The position numbers and the translations under genes are program-made. A stretch of DNA of 63,716 bases, filler included, from Limisphaerales bacterium (GTDB lineage: Bacteria > Verrucomicrobiota > Verrucomicrobiia > Limisphaerales > SIBE01): the NCBI GenBank assembly GCA_044225505.1. It is 3 parts of 3 records of this genome, joined end to end, with 100 filler letters (N's around TTAATTAATTAA, not from the genome) between each part and the next. Parts side by side here need not be neighbours in the genome. Positions count along the whole stretch, not along the records: positions 22,193 to 44,206 come from JBGAIN010000144.1; 2 more parts are not named here. The stretch is one strand, 5' to 3'. Shown in pieces: positions 29,787-39,357 of this stretch. Every line of letters begins with the position of its first letter. The stretch's first letter is position 1. Below the pieces are notes generated by a model, which did no database searches, was not told where the DNA came from, and saw nothing but the letters and a program-made list of their open reading frames with translations.

Positions 29787-30512
29787 TCAAGCCTTAAGAA
29801 ATGCCGTCCGCTGCGCCGGAGCGAATCGCTCAATCGCGTAACGCAACATGGTTCTGGGCATTTTGGGAGCGTGCCGGTGCAGAAACTCCACGAGCACCGC
29901 TTCATTCCTCTTGCCGACCTCGCGCAACATCCAGCCGCAGGCCTTATGCATCAGGTCGTGTTTATCTTGGAGAAGTTGTTCCGTCAGGCGGAGAGTATCG
30001 GCAAAGTCTCCGGCCCGAATAAAGGCAAACGTAGCGAGAACCGCGATGCGTCGATCCCACAGCACTCGAGATTGCGCTAACTTGTAGAGTATGGAGCGGT
30101 CGCGCTGGAGCAGATGGGGTCCCACGATATAAGGCGCCGAACCATCCACCAAATTCCAGTTGTTTACATGCCCGCGCTGCCGCAGATAGAGACGATAAAC
30201 CTGGCCTCTCGTCTGGTCCGTGCCTTTCTCAAAGTGACGCACGAGGATAAGCAGAGCCAACAGCCGCACCTCGTTGTAATCCGATTGCAAAAGTGCTTCG
30301 CACTCCTCCAAGGCCAGATCGCGATATTCTTTCGCCACTTTCCGCACCGCGGGAACGGTGAGTCCCAGAAAGCGGTCACACTCCGCATACTGCCCTTTCC
30401 CAGTTTTAAAGAACTTTGCGAAGAACGCGGCTTTGGCCGGATCAGCGAGCGCGCGCAAGGCAGCTGCTGCTTCGGTATGACTTCGATCTTCTGTAACTTC
30501 CGATGAGCGCAT
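29787..30512 (-). CDS. alkD: DNA alkylation repair protein (AlkD-like HEAT-repeat glycosylase)
   Basis: FFKTGKGQY, FLGLTVP, VNNWNLVD, LWDRR, DKHDLMHKACGWMLREVGK, MPRTMLRYAIE. Confidence 0.92.
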   Translation of the reverse strand: MRSSEVTEDRSHTEAAAALRALADPAKAAFFAKFFKTGKGQYAECDRFLGLTVPAVRKVAKEYRDLALEECEALLQSDYNEVRLLALLILVRHFEKGTDQTRGQVYRLYLRQRGHVNNWNLVDGSAPYIVGPHLLQRDRSILYKLAQSRVLWDRRIAVLATFAFIRAGDFADTLRLTEQLLQDKHDLMHKACGWMLREVGKRNEAVLVEFLHRHAPKMPRTMLRYAIERFAPAQRTAFLKA

Positions 30513-30558
30513 GGCTTAACTTAGATTGATCCAGGAACTGGAAAGCCGCTCGCTCTTG

Positions 30559-31854
30559 TCATTGCGGAGTCGATGGACTGCTCGAGGCCGAGAAGATCTC
30601 CTCCCAACGAATGTGCGTCCAGCCTCCGTCGGTCGCCGACATACCAGGCCCGGCTGCCACCGCTACCCAGAGCTCACGTGTGGCCGGACTCGCTACCACC
30701 GAAAGATACGTGGAAATGTCTCCGCGCACCGAGGCACCTTGGAGAAGCCCCTTGGCTATTTCCACGTCAATCGGTCGGCCCGCGGATTCGCTCAAACGAA
30801 CCCCATCCATCATCGACTGTAACCGCCGCGCCGAGCTGTCCCTCGACTCCGGTGCGCGCCGTTTCAAGTAATGGTTAGTGCAAAAAACACGATCGCCAAG
30901 AGCGACGTCCGGTTCGCGAATCGTAACTCCATGGTCCATTGAGTTTCCGTCCCATTCCAGGACCACGGGAGTATTCGCCGCCCCGCGCGTGACCGGGAAG
31001 CTCACCATCACGTTCCCGCCCAATGCCGGAACCGAACGGCGCAAACACTCTGCCACCGTCGCCGCGGCGGAGTCGCGGTTGGCCATTTCTATCGCCTGCC
31101 GCAAGGGCACGACGCGAGCCACCCATTGGCCCTGAGTCTCGGTGGGTAAACCCCGTTCATCATGGAGGGCGAGAAAGACTCCCTGTTCGTTCAAGGCGGT
31201 GCTGGCTCCGAAGAATCCAGGAGTAGAGACCTCTAGCGTCCTTAGATGTCCCGGTTCCAAAGGTTCTTGCGCGATCACGAAGATCGGGATCTTCCCGGGA
31301 AACCTATGGTAGTCGAGGTTCCGTCCACTCATCACCTGCCCATCTCTTGTCAGCGGACCCCACACCGAAAACGAGCTGCACGCCCCAAGTGGGACACGCC
31401 CGGAACTGATCAAATCCGCAAGCGCATGGAACGTGAGAACATCCCCCGCATTAACGGGCCGCCCCAGATTCGCGAGACGCCGCTCCATTTCCGAGAGCCC
31501 TTCCATCCCACGAACGAAGGCTTTGGCCTGAATCAGAAATTCCGGCGGAAACGAAAATCGTTCCTCCACCATTCTGTTGAGACTGTCCCATCCATTCGTA
31601 GCTTTCCGGTTGATCACTGGCACCAACGCCTCGGAAAGCATTTTCGCAAACTCGCGTCCTGCGAGTCTTCCGAACGCTTCAGCACGTTCCTCAGCAGTTC
31701 CGCGCAGAACGACAACAGGCAAGTCGCCTAGACGGCCGCGGAGGCTCTTGCCCGCAGATTGCCCGGGCACCATACTCGCGACCGCCCATCGTCCGTCGAC
31801 CACTAACAGGCCGGCTGCAAGGAAGAATACCGGACGGAGCCAAAGCACACGCAT
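30559..31854 (-). CDS. C45-family autoproteolytic acyltransferase/hydrolase (Ntn)
   Basis: Signal peptide; GA|CSSFSVWG nucleophile Cys; GRNLDY; ALNEQGV; CTNHY. Confidence 0.82.
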   Translation of the reverse strand: MRVLWLRPVFFLAAGLLVVDGRWAVASMVPGQSAGKSLRGRLGDLPVVVLRGTAEERAEAFGRLAGREFAKMLSEALVPVINRKATNGWDSLNRMVEERFSFPPEFLIQAKAFVRGMEGLSEMERRLANLGRPVNAGDVLTFHALADLISSGRVPLGACSSFSVWGPLTRDGQVMSGRNLDYHRFPGKIPIFVIAQEPLEPGHLRTLEVSTPGFFGASTALNEQGVFLALHDERGLPTETQGQWVARVVPLRQAIEMANRDSAAATVAECLRRSVPALGGNVMVSFPVTRGAANTPVVLEWDGNSMDHGVTIREPDVALGDRVFCTNHYLKRRAPESRDSSARRLQSMMDGVRLSESAGRPIDVEIAKGLLQGASVRGDISTYLSVVASPATRELWVAVAAGPGMSATDGGWTHIRWEEIFSASSSPSTPQ

Positions 31855-32083
31855 GCACCGGGTAAAATGGGCCGTAAAAATCTTCACGCCGCAGTCTTTT
31901 TCGCCATCTCCCGGCCTGCAAGTCGAAAACGACGAACCCTTTCCTCTCAACTGCAAATTCAAATTCTGATGCTTTTGCTGCGGATCGCCCTTTTGAGTTA
32001 CCCGCTCGCTTTCGTCAACACGGTCCGCCAACGCGGCTCATTCCCTCAAGGTGTCCCGGAAGCAACCAATCGCCCCGAACGGA

Positions 32084-33538
32084 TCACCTCCCTGGAGCAT
32101 CGCTCAAAGAAGTCACGCGAATGATCGCACGACGATAAGCCGATAATGGCGGATCGCCGTTATCTCGGATCGTCAGGATGACGTGCAGATCAGTTCCCGA
32201 CGCATCGGCAGGAACTGGAAGATTGACCGTCCTCATCGCGTCATTCGATAACAGAACGGATCCCGGATAAGTGCCAGCCTCCCGATATACAGACCACTCG
32301 AAGGTCAACCGATCGCCATCCGGATCTGAAGAGCCGTCCGCATTCAGCCGCACGACGGTCCCAGGATGTGCCCTTATCGACAAAGTCTTTTTGCTCGCAT
32401 CCCCATTCAACCGAGCAACAGGCGGGTGATTCGCCTCAGCGAAGGGTTTGACGCACCAGTCTAACCGTGCACGAAAATCGTTCTGCAAGTCTGCTGCCCA
32501 ACGCCGGAGTGTGTTGTCCCGATTCGTCGTGCCTTGCCACTCGTCGCGGACATTTGCCCAGAACCTGTCTGGTACGATCGGCTGCTGGTCATCACGCGGA
32601 CCAAAGCGACCAGCCCAACTGCCCCAACTCGGATGCAGCGGATCGTTCATCCCCGTGGGCACAAGATATAGAAAATAGGCGCTGTCCCCTTCCTTCTGCC
32701 GGATGTTCGTGTTGGTCGGATACAATCGGCCGAGCGGCCCGTGGTCTGCTAAAACGTCTCGCGCCAAGTCGAAACCGCCTGCGTCGGCTGTAATCGGGCC
32801 AAATCGGTGATACATGAATGCGCCGTCCATCTTCGGTTTGGTCGGCTCCACCCACAACCGCCAAGCGGGCGTCAATCCGGAAGTGTGCTCGCCAAATGCG
32901 TCCGCCGATGAGAGCAGGATCCGATTCTTGAATTTCGCGTAACCTTCAGGACCGCGTTCGGCCAGAATTTTATCCAGGGCCCTTCGCAGATTGCTCGGGT
33001 CACTGCCGTGATCTGTGCCCCAGTTCTGAAACCAGATCGGGCGGGGATCATCGCGATCCACTGCAGAAATAATGAGTTGGACTCCCGCCTCGGTAGTCGC
33101 ATACCCGGGGACGGTTCGAGCGCGCAGATGCTCTTCTGTCGGATAACCAGCCGCGTTTTCGGTCAATCGTCCGTGCACATCGCCATAGGCATGAAGCAGA
33201 CGCTGGACAATGCCCAAGCCGGTCCGCTCCGGATTCCGGTTTTCGCCAGGACGCGCGGTCGGACGATTCGCGATAATTCCCTCAATATCCCACTCGTTGG
33301 CATAGAGGAGGAAACGCACGAGAGATTGCTCATCGTCCGGATCGCCGCCGGCATCCGTTTCAATTAGGATCCGCAGCTTCTCTGCGGCGATACTTTCTTC
33401 AGGGTTTGAGAAAGCGAGGGCGAATACGACCAAAAAGGCGCAGGCGAGCCATCGTCTCGCGGTGTCCGGCCGCCCGCGCCGCAGGAATCCCTGCCGTGCC
33501 GTCTTCCCGCCCAGGAGGAATCGAAGTCTATCGCACAC
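32084..33538 (-). CDS. DUF1593 nucleoside-hydrolase-like protein with C-terminal Ig/PKD-like domain
   Basis: TDAGGDPDDEQSLVRFLLYANEWDIEG, EGDS, GSWAGRF, QNDFRARLDW, ANHPP, SSDPDGD, YRRAI; GTG 33538 overlaps upstream stop. Confidence 0.85.
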   Translation of the reverse strand: MCDRLRFLLGGKTARQGFLRRGRPDTARRWLACAFLVVFALAFSNPEESIAAEKLRILIETDAGGDPDDEQSLVRFLLYANEWDIEGIIANRPTARPGENRNPERTGLGIVQRLLHAYGDVHGRLTENAAGYPTEEHLRARTVPGYATTEAGVQLIISAVDRDDPRPIWFQNWGTDHGSDPSNLRRALDKILAERGPEGYAKFKNRILLSSADAFGEHTSGLTPAWRLWVEPTKPKMDGAFMYHRFGPITADAGGFDLARDVLADHGPLGRLYPTNTNIRQKEGDSAYFLYLVPTGMNDPLHPSWGSWAGRFGPRDDQQPIVPDRFWANVRDEWQGTTNRDNTLRRWAADLQNDFRARLDWCVKPFAEANHPPVARLNGDASKKTLSIRAHPGTVVRLNADGSSDPDGDRLTFEWSVYREAGTYPGSVLLSNDAMRTVNLPVPADASGTDLHVILTIRDNGDPPLSAYRRAIIRVTSLSDAPGR

Positions 33539-35573
33539 CGTTCCCCGCGGAGCGTTCTGGGCCACGCGAGATAGGCCCGATATAACGACGAGCCACCACC
33601 ACATCGTCGAACCAAACGGACTGACGGTCTTTCCAGTACCGTTTGGTGGGATCACCCTCGTCATAACCATAATGTTCGAGCCAAAAACAGTTTACCTTCA
33701 ATTCCAAATCGTTGCGCCACCGAATCCCCGTGAATTCCCCAATCCGTTTTCCATCCACCCACATCGCCTGCTTGCCATCAGCTTTGTCGGGCGCTGAATT
33801 TGCCTGGATCATAAACTCCCAACACTGCCATTGATCGAGCATCGGAATCAGGCGCGCGGTCCCGGCGTCCTTGCCTTTGCCCGGCCCGGGCGGGAAAAAG
33901 CCGTTTCCCCAATACTTGTTCATTTTCGGATCTGGCTCCATATCGAGGAAATACGTGTAGAGATTCACTTCTCCGGGCGGCGGATTCTTGCCCCACGCAA
34001 ACCACGGTTCCATGCCGGTGGAGTAATAAGTGCCGTTCGGTTTGAGGCCAGCTTTGCCGAAGGCGGACCACTTATTCGTGCGCTGATTGGCGCCCAGCCA
34101 CACAAAGTGATGGTTATACTGGTAGTCCGCAGAGAACTTGACGTAGACACGAGCGTAGACCGCATCCGCTCCCGGCATAAACCATTTGATCGCGTCGCCC
34201 CCGTGATTCTTGCCCCGTTCCATCGGCATTTCCACGCACCAGTCTCCCGAGTTCGCCTTGCCTTGAGTCATGACCACTCGACCGCGATGTTCATCCCACT
34301 TTTTCATGTCGCCAGACTCAAAGTTGTCAGAAAACAAGACCTCTGGATCGTTGCCAATTCCAGCGTCGTTAGGATACTTCGCAGCCAGGCCGGAAGCCGC
34401 CGCCTCGGCGCTCACCCCAGCGGGTTGAAGTTTCGCCAAGCGCTCTTGCGAGACTCGGTCAATCCAGGTTGCAGGATAGTCCGTGCGCAAACGGTTAAAG
34501 GCCAAGACGGCTTCATTGGTCATCCCGCGTTGCACGAGTTGATTCGCTTGCTTAAACTCCTCCTCGCCCAAGGTTAACGCGCGCGCCATGATGCTCCCAG
34601 ATTCCTTCGACGTCCGGTCAATCGGCACTTTCGCGAGCACAGGGGGATTCGTGTCGGTCAAGATACTGAAGGCAGCGGGGTTGCGCTCGCGAAACAGCCT
34701 GGCTCGCATATCGTGTTGCCGGTTCAAAGCATCACCGCCTTCGCGTTGACCGAACGGATCAACGTCGGCGATCGCGAGGCCATCCGGACCCTCCGCTCGG
34801 GCGACGATTTTCCCTTGTGGAGAGATGATCATAGCGCCGCTCCCACTCTGGGCGACCACAAGCCAAATGAAGTTCTCAGCAGCGCGAACTCGCAACGCTT
34901 GCAGCCCAATATCATCGTCGCCAATCGCTGCGCCGCCCATGGTCGGAAAGAAGATGATATCCGCCCCCTGCACCGCCAGGCAGCGAGCAGTCTCCGGCAC
35001 GACCAGGTCGTAGCAGATGAGCATTCCCGCGGTGCCCAGATCCGGAGTCGAAAACACTGGAAAGCCATGGCCGCGAGCGCGGGCTCCCGCTTCCGGCCAG
35101 GTGGGGCAGACCTTGTGATAGCGGCCCATTTCCTTCCCGTCGCGTCCCAATAGAAATGCAGTGTTATAAATCTGTCCGTCAACCTCCGTGAAATCACTGC
35201 AAACGACCAGATACATCCTGTGCCGAGCGGCCGCACTGCCTAATCGCTCAATCATCCGCGCCACTGCCTTAGGTAGTAATTCGTGGGCCAGAGACTCGTT
35301 CGCTCCAACCCAGTTCAGCAAGCCTGGCGTGTCCTCGGGAAACACGAGCACATCGCACTTCATCTCGCCCGCACGCGCGATGATCGCGGCCAATACCTCG
35401 AGATTTTTCTCCATCTCCAACAGCGCCCCCTCAGGCTTTTGGCGAAAATCGACCACTCGACGCGCAGTCTGCACGGCGGCGACACGGACTGTCCGAGTGG
35501 CGGACTCGTCCGTCCAGCCCACGAAGGCCGTCGCCATGAGCGCAACACCAGTCAAAACGCAATGGAGTCTCAT
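33528..35573 (-). CDS. Secreted carbon-nitrogen hydrolase (nitrilase family) fused to a polysaccharide-lyase-like beta-sandwich domain
   Basis: Triad VFPE, YHK, ICYD; C-terminal GLAAKYPNDAGIGNDPEVLFSDNFE ... WQCWEFM ... WFDDVVVARRYIGP. Confidence 0.82.
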   Translation of the reverse strand: MRLHCVLTGVALMATAFVGWTDESATRTVRVAAVQTARRVVDFRQKPEGALLEMEKNLEVLAAIIARAGEMKCDVLVFPEDTPGLLNWVGANESLAHELLPKAVARMIERLGSAAARHRMYLVVCSDFTEVDGQIYNTAFLLGRDGKEMGRYHKVCPTWPEAGARARGHGFPVFSTPDLGTAGMLICYDLVVPETARCLAVQGADIIFFPTMGGAAIGDDDIGLQALRVRAAENFIWLVVAQSGSGAMIISPQGKIVARAEGPDGLAIADVDPFGQREGGDALNRQHDMRARLFRERNPAAFSILTDTNPPVLAKVPIDRTSKESGSIMARALTLGEEEFKQANQLVQRGMTNEAVLAFNRLRTDYPATWIDRVSQERLAKLQPAGVSAEAAASGLAAKYPNDAGIGNDPEVLFSDNFESGDMKKWDEHRGRVVMTQGKANSGDWCVEMPMERGKNHGGDAIKWFMPGADAVYARVYVKFSADYQYNHHFVWLGANQRTNKWSAFGKAGLKPNGTYYSTGMEPWFAWGKNPPPGEVNLYTYFLDMEPDPKMNKYWGNGFFPPGPGKGKDAGTARLIPMLDQWQCWEFMIQANSAPDKADGKQAMWVDGKRIGEFTGIRWRNDLELKVNCFWLEHYGYDEGDPTKRYWKDRQSVWFDDVVVARRYIGPISRGPERSAGNGVR

Positions 35574-35844
35574 GATTTCAACCAGAGTATCCGCTCTTTC
35601 CGGCCAAGTCTCGCTCTTTGTGAGACACCGAGCGATTCCCTTAGGGCTACCTTCCCTGGCCCGCCACCCACATTTCTCTCACACGGACCTTGCGCGATCG
35701 ATTCTGGATTGGACGTCGGCCTTCTTGAGAGTGGGCCGCTAAGTCTCCGCCATAGAGCGGAATCCTGGAATCCAACCTGGTGTGCAGCACTTCCGGTATC
35801 GCGCAAAGCGTAGCTGGGCGCATGTCGAAAGTACCACCCTTTGT

Positions 35845-36060
35845 TGGCGCGCGGACTTGAGTCCGCCGGACCGTCCGATGCGGCCAGCAGCGATCGAATC
35901 CTTCGCGATCGCGTGCGTGCCTGCGGACATTCTTGCGGGATAAATCCTAATGCCATTCGGTAATCCTATTCAGTCCCGGAAGGGACAGAATGAGAGAAGC
36001 CCGGTCGCTTTAGCGCCGGGTGCTCAAGTGAGAGGGCCCAAGCCCCGGAGGGGCGGCTGA
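35845..36060. repeat. Cluster of REP-like palindromes
   Basis: GCGGACT-TG-AGTCCGC (35851-35866), GTCCC-GGAA-GGGAC (35973-35986), CCCGGTCGCTTTAGCGCCGGG (36000-36020), GCCCC-GGA-GGGGC (36042-36054). Confidence 0.7.
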
Positions 36061-36155
36061 GTGCGGCGAGAAAGGGCGTTTGGGTTCTACGACCTTGTGA
36101 TCCGCTTAATCTCCGGTTCTTCGGTTCAATGCCACGTCCTCGAAAGAGAGGACCG

Positions 36156-36527
36156 TCAGTTCTGGCACTGTCGTTTACAAAGCTCAGTGGGGTCCATCGC
36201 CAGGATCTTTTTCAGCCGCACAACGTCCTCTGCGAACCTAGGTTCATCTGCTAAAGAATTGAGAACCCAGCGGATTGCTTCCCGGGTTGGCAGAGCCGCC
36301 TCTTTTCCAGGCAAGGCGTAGTACATCCAGCGTCCATGCTTTCGCGAATTAAGCAGTCCAGCTTGGTAAAGGATCGACAAGTGCTTCGACGTGGTCGATG
36401 GAGCCAAGCCCATTAACTCGGTGAGCTGGCAGACACAAAGCTCGCCCCGCTGGAGTGCCAGCAGGATGCGGATGCGGTTCTCATCCGCTAAGGCCTTCGT
36501 GACAGCCATGAATTCACGTGCGGTCAT
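36156..36527 (-). CDS. arsR: ArsR/SmtB-family metalloregulator
   Basis: KALADENRIRIL, ELCVCQL, STTSKHLSIL..AGL, GRWMYY. Confidence 0.92.
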   Translation of the reverse strand: MTAREFMAVTKALADENRIRILLALQRGELCVCQLTELMGLAPSTTSKHLSILYQAGLLNSRKHGRWMYYALPGKEAALPTREAIRWVLNSLADEPRFAEDVVRLKKILAMDPTELCKRQCQN

Positions 36528-36552
36528 ACGCCATTATTCCCCACAGCCCGCA

Positions 36553-36579
36553 ATCTCGCCAATCCACCAAATCTGTCAA
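36553..36579 (-). promoter_or_regulatory. Putative arsR promoter/operator
   Basis: Perfect TTGACA (36579-36574) followed by imperfect palindrome ATTTGG-N8-CGAGAT. Confidence 0.45.
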
Positions 36580-36831
36580 GCTGTGCCGCTTTGTTTGGGG
36601 CTACGGTTTACTGGAAAATGGCTAAACCTAGTGGAGGCCACTCGGCAACGAGTCTTATGCACCCTCGCCAGTTTCGCCTTCTCCTTCGCAGGAACTGCGA
36701 TATCCGACAGCCACGAATTCGAGTCCCCCAGCCACATTAGGATACCTCAATCCAAGTCTTGAAGCATTCCCCCGTGCCGCCTTACTCTCCTCGCCGCGAG
36801 CGCGAAGAAAGAGTATTTCCATGATGGCGTC

Positions 36832-38637
36832 ATGATCATTCGTTTTCTAAAGTTGATTCTCGTGACCGCGCTTTTTGCCACTCCTATGATCTCTGCGGAA
36901 CCCGTCCGTTACGGGATTTCTATCACGAACGCAGCTCAACACCTGGCGGAGGTCAGTGCTGCGTTTCCGGCGACGGAAGACTCCCAGTTCACCGTGCACC
37001 TCCCGATCTGGCGAACCGGGCGCTACCTGGTTCAACCCCTCGCCAATGGCATTCGACAATTCGCGGCCCGCGGGAGAACCGGCCGGAGCTTGCCCGTTCG
37101 CAAGACCGACAAGTCGACCTGGCAGATCGACAAGGACCCAGGTGAAGCAGTCACTGTAAGTTACGAGCTCTACGCGAATGAACTGGGGAGCCGCACGCGC
37201 CATATTGACGATAGTCACGCCTACCTCAATGCCAGTGCTGTTTGGGTCTACAGCCCGCAGTTTCGCGCTCAGCCCGTCGAGATAGCGCTCACTGTTCCCG
37301 AGGGCTGGCGCTCGCGCTCTGGAATGGACAGTCCTGCGGGTAGCCATGCTTTTACGGCCAAGAATTACGACCTCCTTGTCGATTCCCCCATCGAGACGGG
37401 AATTCATGAATTCGCAGTGTTCTCAGCGGACGGTCGCGCTTTCGAACTGGCCATCTGGGGTCGAGGTAACTTTCAGCGGCAGATGATCGTCGAGGACCTC
37501 AAGAAGTTGGTGACGACCACGGGCCAGGTCTTCGGCGGTTATCCTTTCGAACGGTACCTGTTTATCGTTCACGCCACGGGCGGAGAGAAAGGTGCCACCG
37601 AACACCTCAACTCGACCGTGATTCAACTGCCGCGCTGGAATTTCGCACCGCGCAAGGCCTATTTGGGATTTATCCGGACGGCCACACACGAGTTCTTTCA
37701 TACCTGGAACGTGAAGGCCTATCGACCGTCAACCCTGGCAGAATACGATTTTCAGAAAGAGAACTATAGCGAATTGCTTTGGCTGGTCGAAGGTCATACG
37801 AGTTACTTCGACAACCTCCTCACCCTTCGGGCTGGCCTCCAGACCCGCGACGAGTACCTCGAGGAACTCGGTAATAGCCTCGATGACTACCTGCATCAGC
37901 CCGGCCGTTTCTTCCAGAGCGCCCTCGAATCCAGCTTTGACGAATGGATCAAGCCGTCCGGGGAACGCGCCCGCAATGCGTCCGTGGACATCTATAGTAA
38001 AGGCGAGATGATCGCTTTAGCGCTCGATCTGACGCTCCGCAAGGCGAGCGGCGGCCAGGTGGGTGTGGAAGCGCTCCATCAACAACTGTGGAAAACTCGG
38101 CGCGCTGATCAGGGCGGCTATAACAGTGCCGACGTGCAAGCCATCTTGCACCGCCTCGCGCCGCTGGACTGGGAACAATTCTGGCAGGATTTTATTGCCG
38201 GGACTAAAGAACTACCCCTGCTCGAATTGTTAAAGGAGGCCGGCCTCGAATTGCGTGCTGAATCGGGCAAAGATGACAAGGCTCTATTCGAAGCGTGGTG
38301 GGGATTGAACGTCAAACCCGGAGAGACGAACGAGTTCGCAATCGTCACCGGTGTGGAACGGGACAGCCCAGCCTGGCAAGCTGGAATTGTCAGCCAGGAT
38401 GCCATCGTCGCCTTGGATCAATTCAAGGTTTCGGCAAAGGATTTCGCAGATCGAGCCGCGGCTCTAACCAATGGTCCCGTCGAAGTCACTTTATTCCGAC
38501 GTGACCAACTCCAGACGCTTCAGATCACACCGGTTCTCCGCGCCAAAGGAAAACGCCAGCTAAAACCTCTGGCCAGTGTGACAGCAGAACAGAAGGAACT
38601 TCATCGCATGTGGCTCGGTGTCGACTGGCCAAAGTAA
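36832..38637 (+). CDS. M61 glycyl aminopeptidase with PDZ domain
   Basis: Signal peptide; LVDSPIE, ATEHLNST, HEFFHTWNVK..RP, LWLVEGHTSY, YSKG, DSPAWQAGI. Confidence 0.92.
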   Translation: MIIRFLKLILVTALFATPMISAEPVRYGISITNAAQHLAEVSAAFPATEDSQFTVHLPIWRTGRYLVQPLANGIRQFAARGRTGRSLPVRKTDKSTWQIDKDPGEAVTVSYELYANELGSRTRHIDDSHAYLNASAVWVYSPQFRAQPVEIALTVPEGWRSRSGMDSPAGSHAFTAKNYDLLVDSPIETGIHEFAVFSADGRAFELAIWGRGNFQRQMIVEDLKKLVTTTGQVFGGYPFERYLFIVHATGGEKGATEHLNSTVIQLPRWNFAPRKAYLGFIRTATHEFFHTWNVKAYRPSTLAEYDFQKENYSELLWLVEGHTSYFDNLLTLRAGLQTRDEYLEELGNSLDDYLHQPGRFFQSALESSFDEWIKPSGERARNASVDIYSKGEMIALALDLTLRKASGGQVGVEALHQQLWKTRRADQGGYNSADVQAILHRLAPLDWEQFWQDFIAGTKELPLLELLKEAGLELRAESGKDDKALFEAWWGLNVKPGETNEFAIVTGVERDSPAWQAGIVSQDAIVALDQFKVSAKDFADRAAALTNGPVEVTLFRRDQLQTLQITPVLRAKGKRQLKPLASVTAEQKELHRMWLGVDWPK

Positions 38638-38711
38638 GCGGCGTGGCGCGTTTTGGCCGTCTGGCCATTGACTTTCAAACGGCGGAACACGGGCGGGGAC
38701 GCCGGTCGTGA

Positions 38712-39052
38712 CTGGCAACAAATTGTTGTCAAAGGGTGCGACATTTGGTGACTGGAGCAGTCCTTCCTCGTCCCCACCGCGCCAGGCCAGCCCGACGGGT
38801 CTAACTCTGGAATTGGAGATTCGGAAGCGAACGCGTAGCGGAAGCTGACGCGAGCAGTATCCAGGCGGGATCATTCGAGGCAAGGCCGGTGCAAGGCCGG
38901 TCCAACGCCGGTGCAAGGCCGGTCGACGAGCGGCCTCGGACCGGCCTTGATGCGGCACTGCACCAGGTTTGCTCCGTTCCACGATCGTCGGGCTTTCGCA
39001 CGTCCTTTCGATTCCTCCAATCACGGAAGCATCCAAATGTTGCACACTCCGT
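38712..39052. repeat. IR-bounded non-coding element (MITE-like) with internal 11-bp tandem/inverted repeats
   Basis: 38733-38748 vs reverse complement of 39033-39048: 14/16. GCAAGGCCGGT-type units x4 at 38880-38923, inverted units at 38940-38972. Confidence 0.65.
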
Positions 39053-39357
39053 AGACCATTGGCGACATCGTGTGCGACATCTGCTGGGTCACTTGGTCAC
39101 GTCGTCGCGGTGATGACTAAAATCGGCATGAACCACGGTTCGCTCCGGAGAGCGTCAATCTCCACCACACCGCTGATACTCACGATGTTACGTTCGCCAG
39201 GATCTCGCCTTCAAACACTCCCGAGCACAGTCGATTGAGCCCATCGAAAGCCACAATCTGAGAAACTCTGCCCAAACGAGGGTTTTCCTGACTTCAATAA
39301 ACAGAATGACGCCTCATGGTTGTCGGCGTGTTCCCGGCATGGCTCACACGGCATTCT

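Noticed and set aside
38880..38972. Possible CRISPR array (also the repeats at 28373 and 28926)
   Set aside because: Units are 11 bp and contiguous, or only two copies 553 bp apart; no spacers and no cas genes
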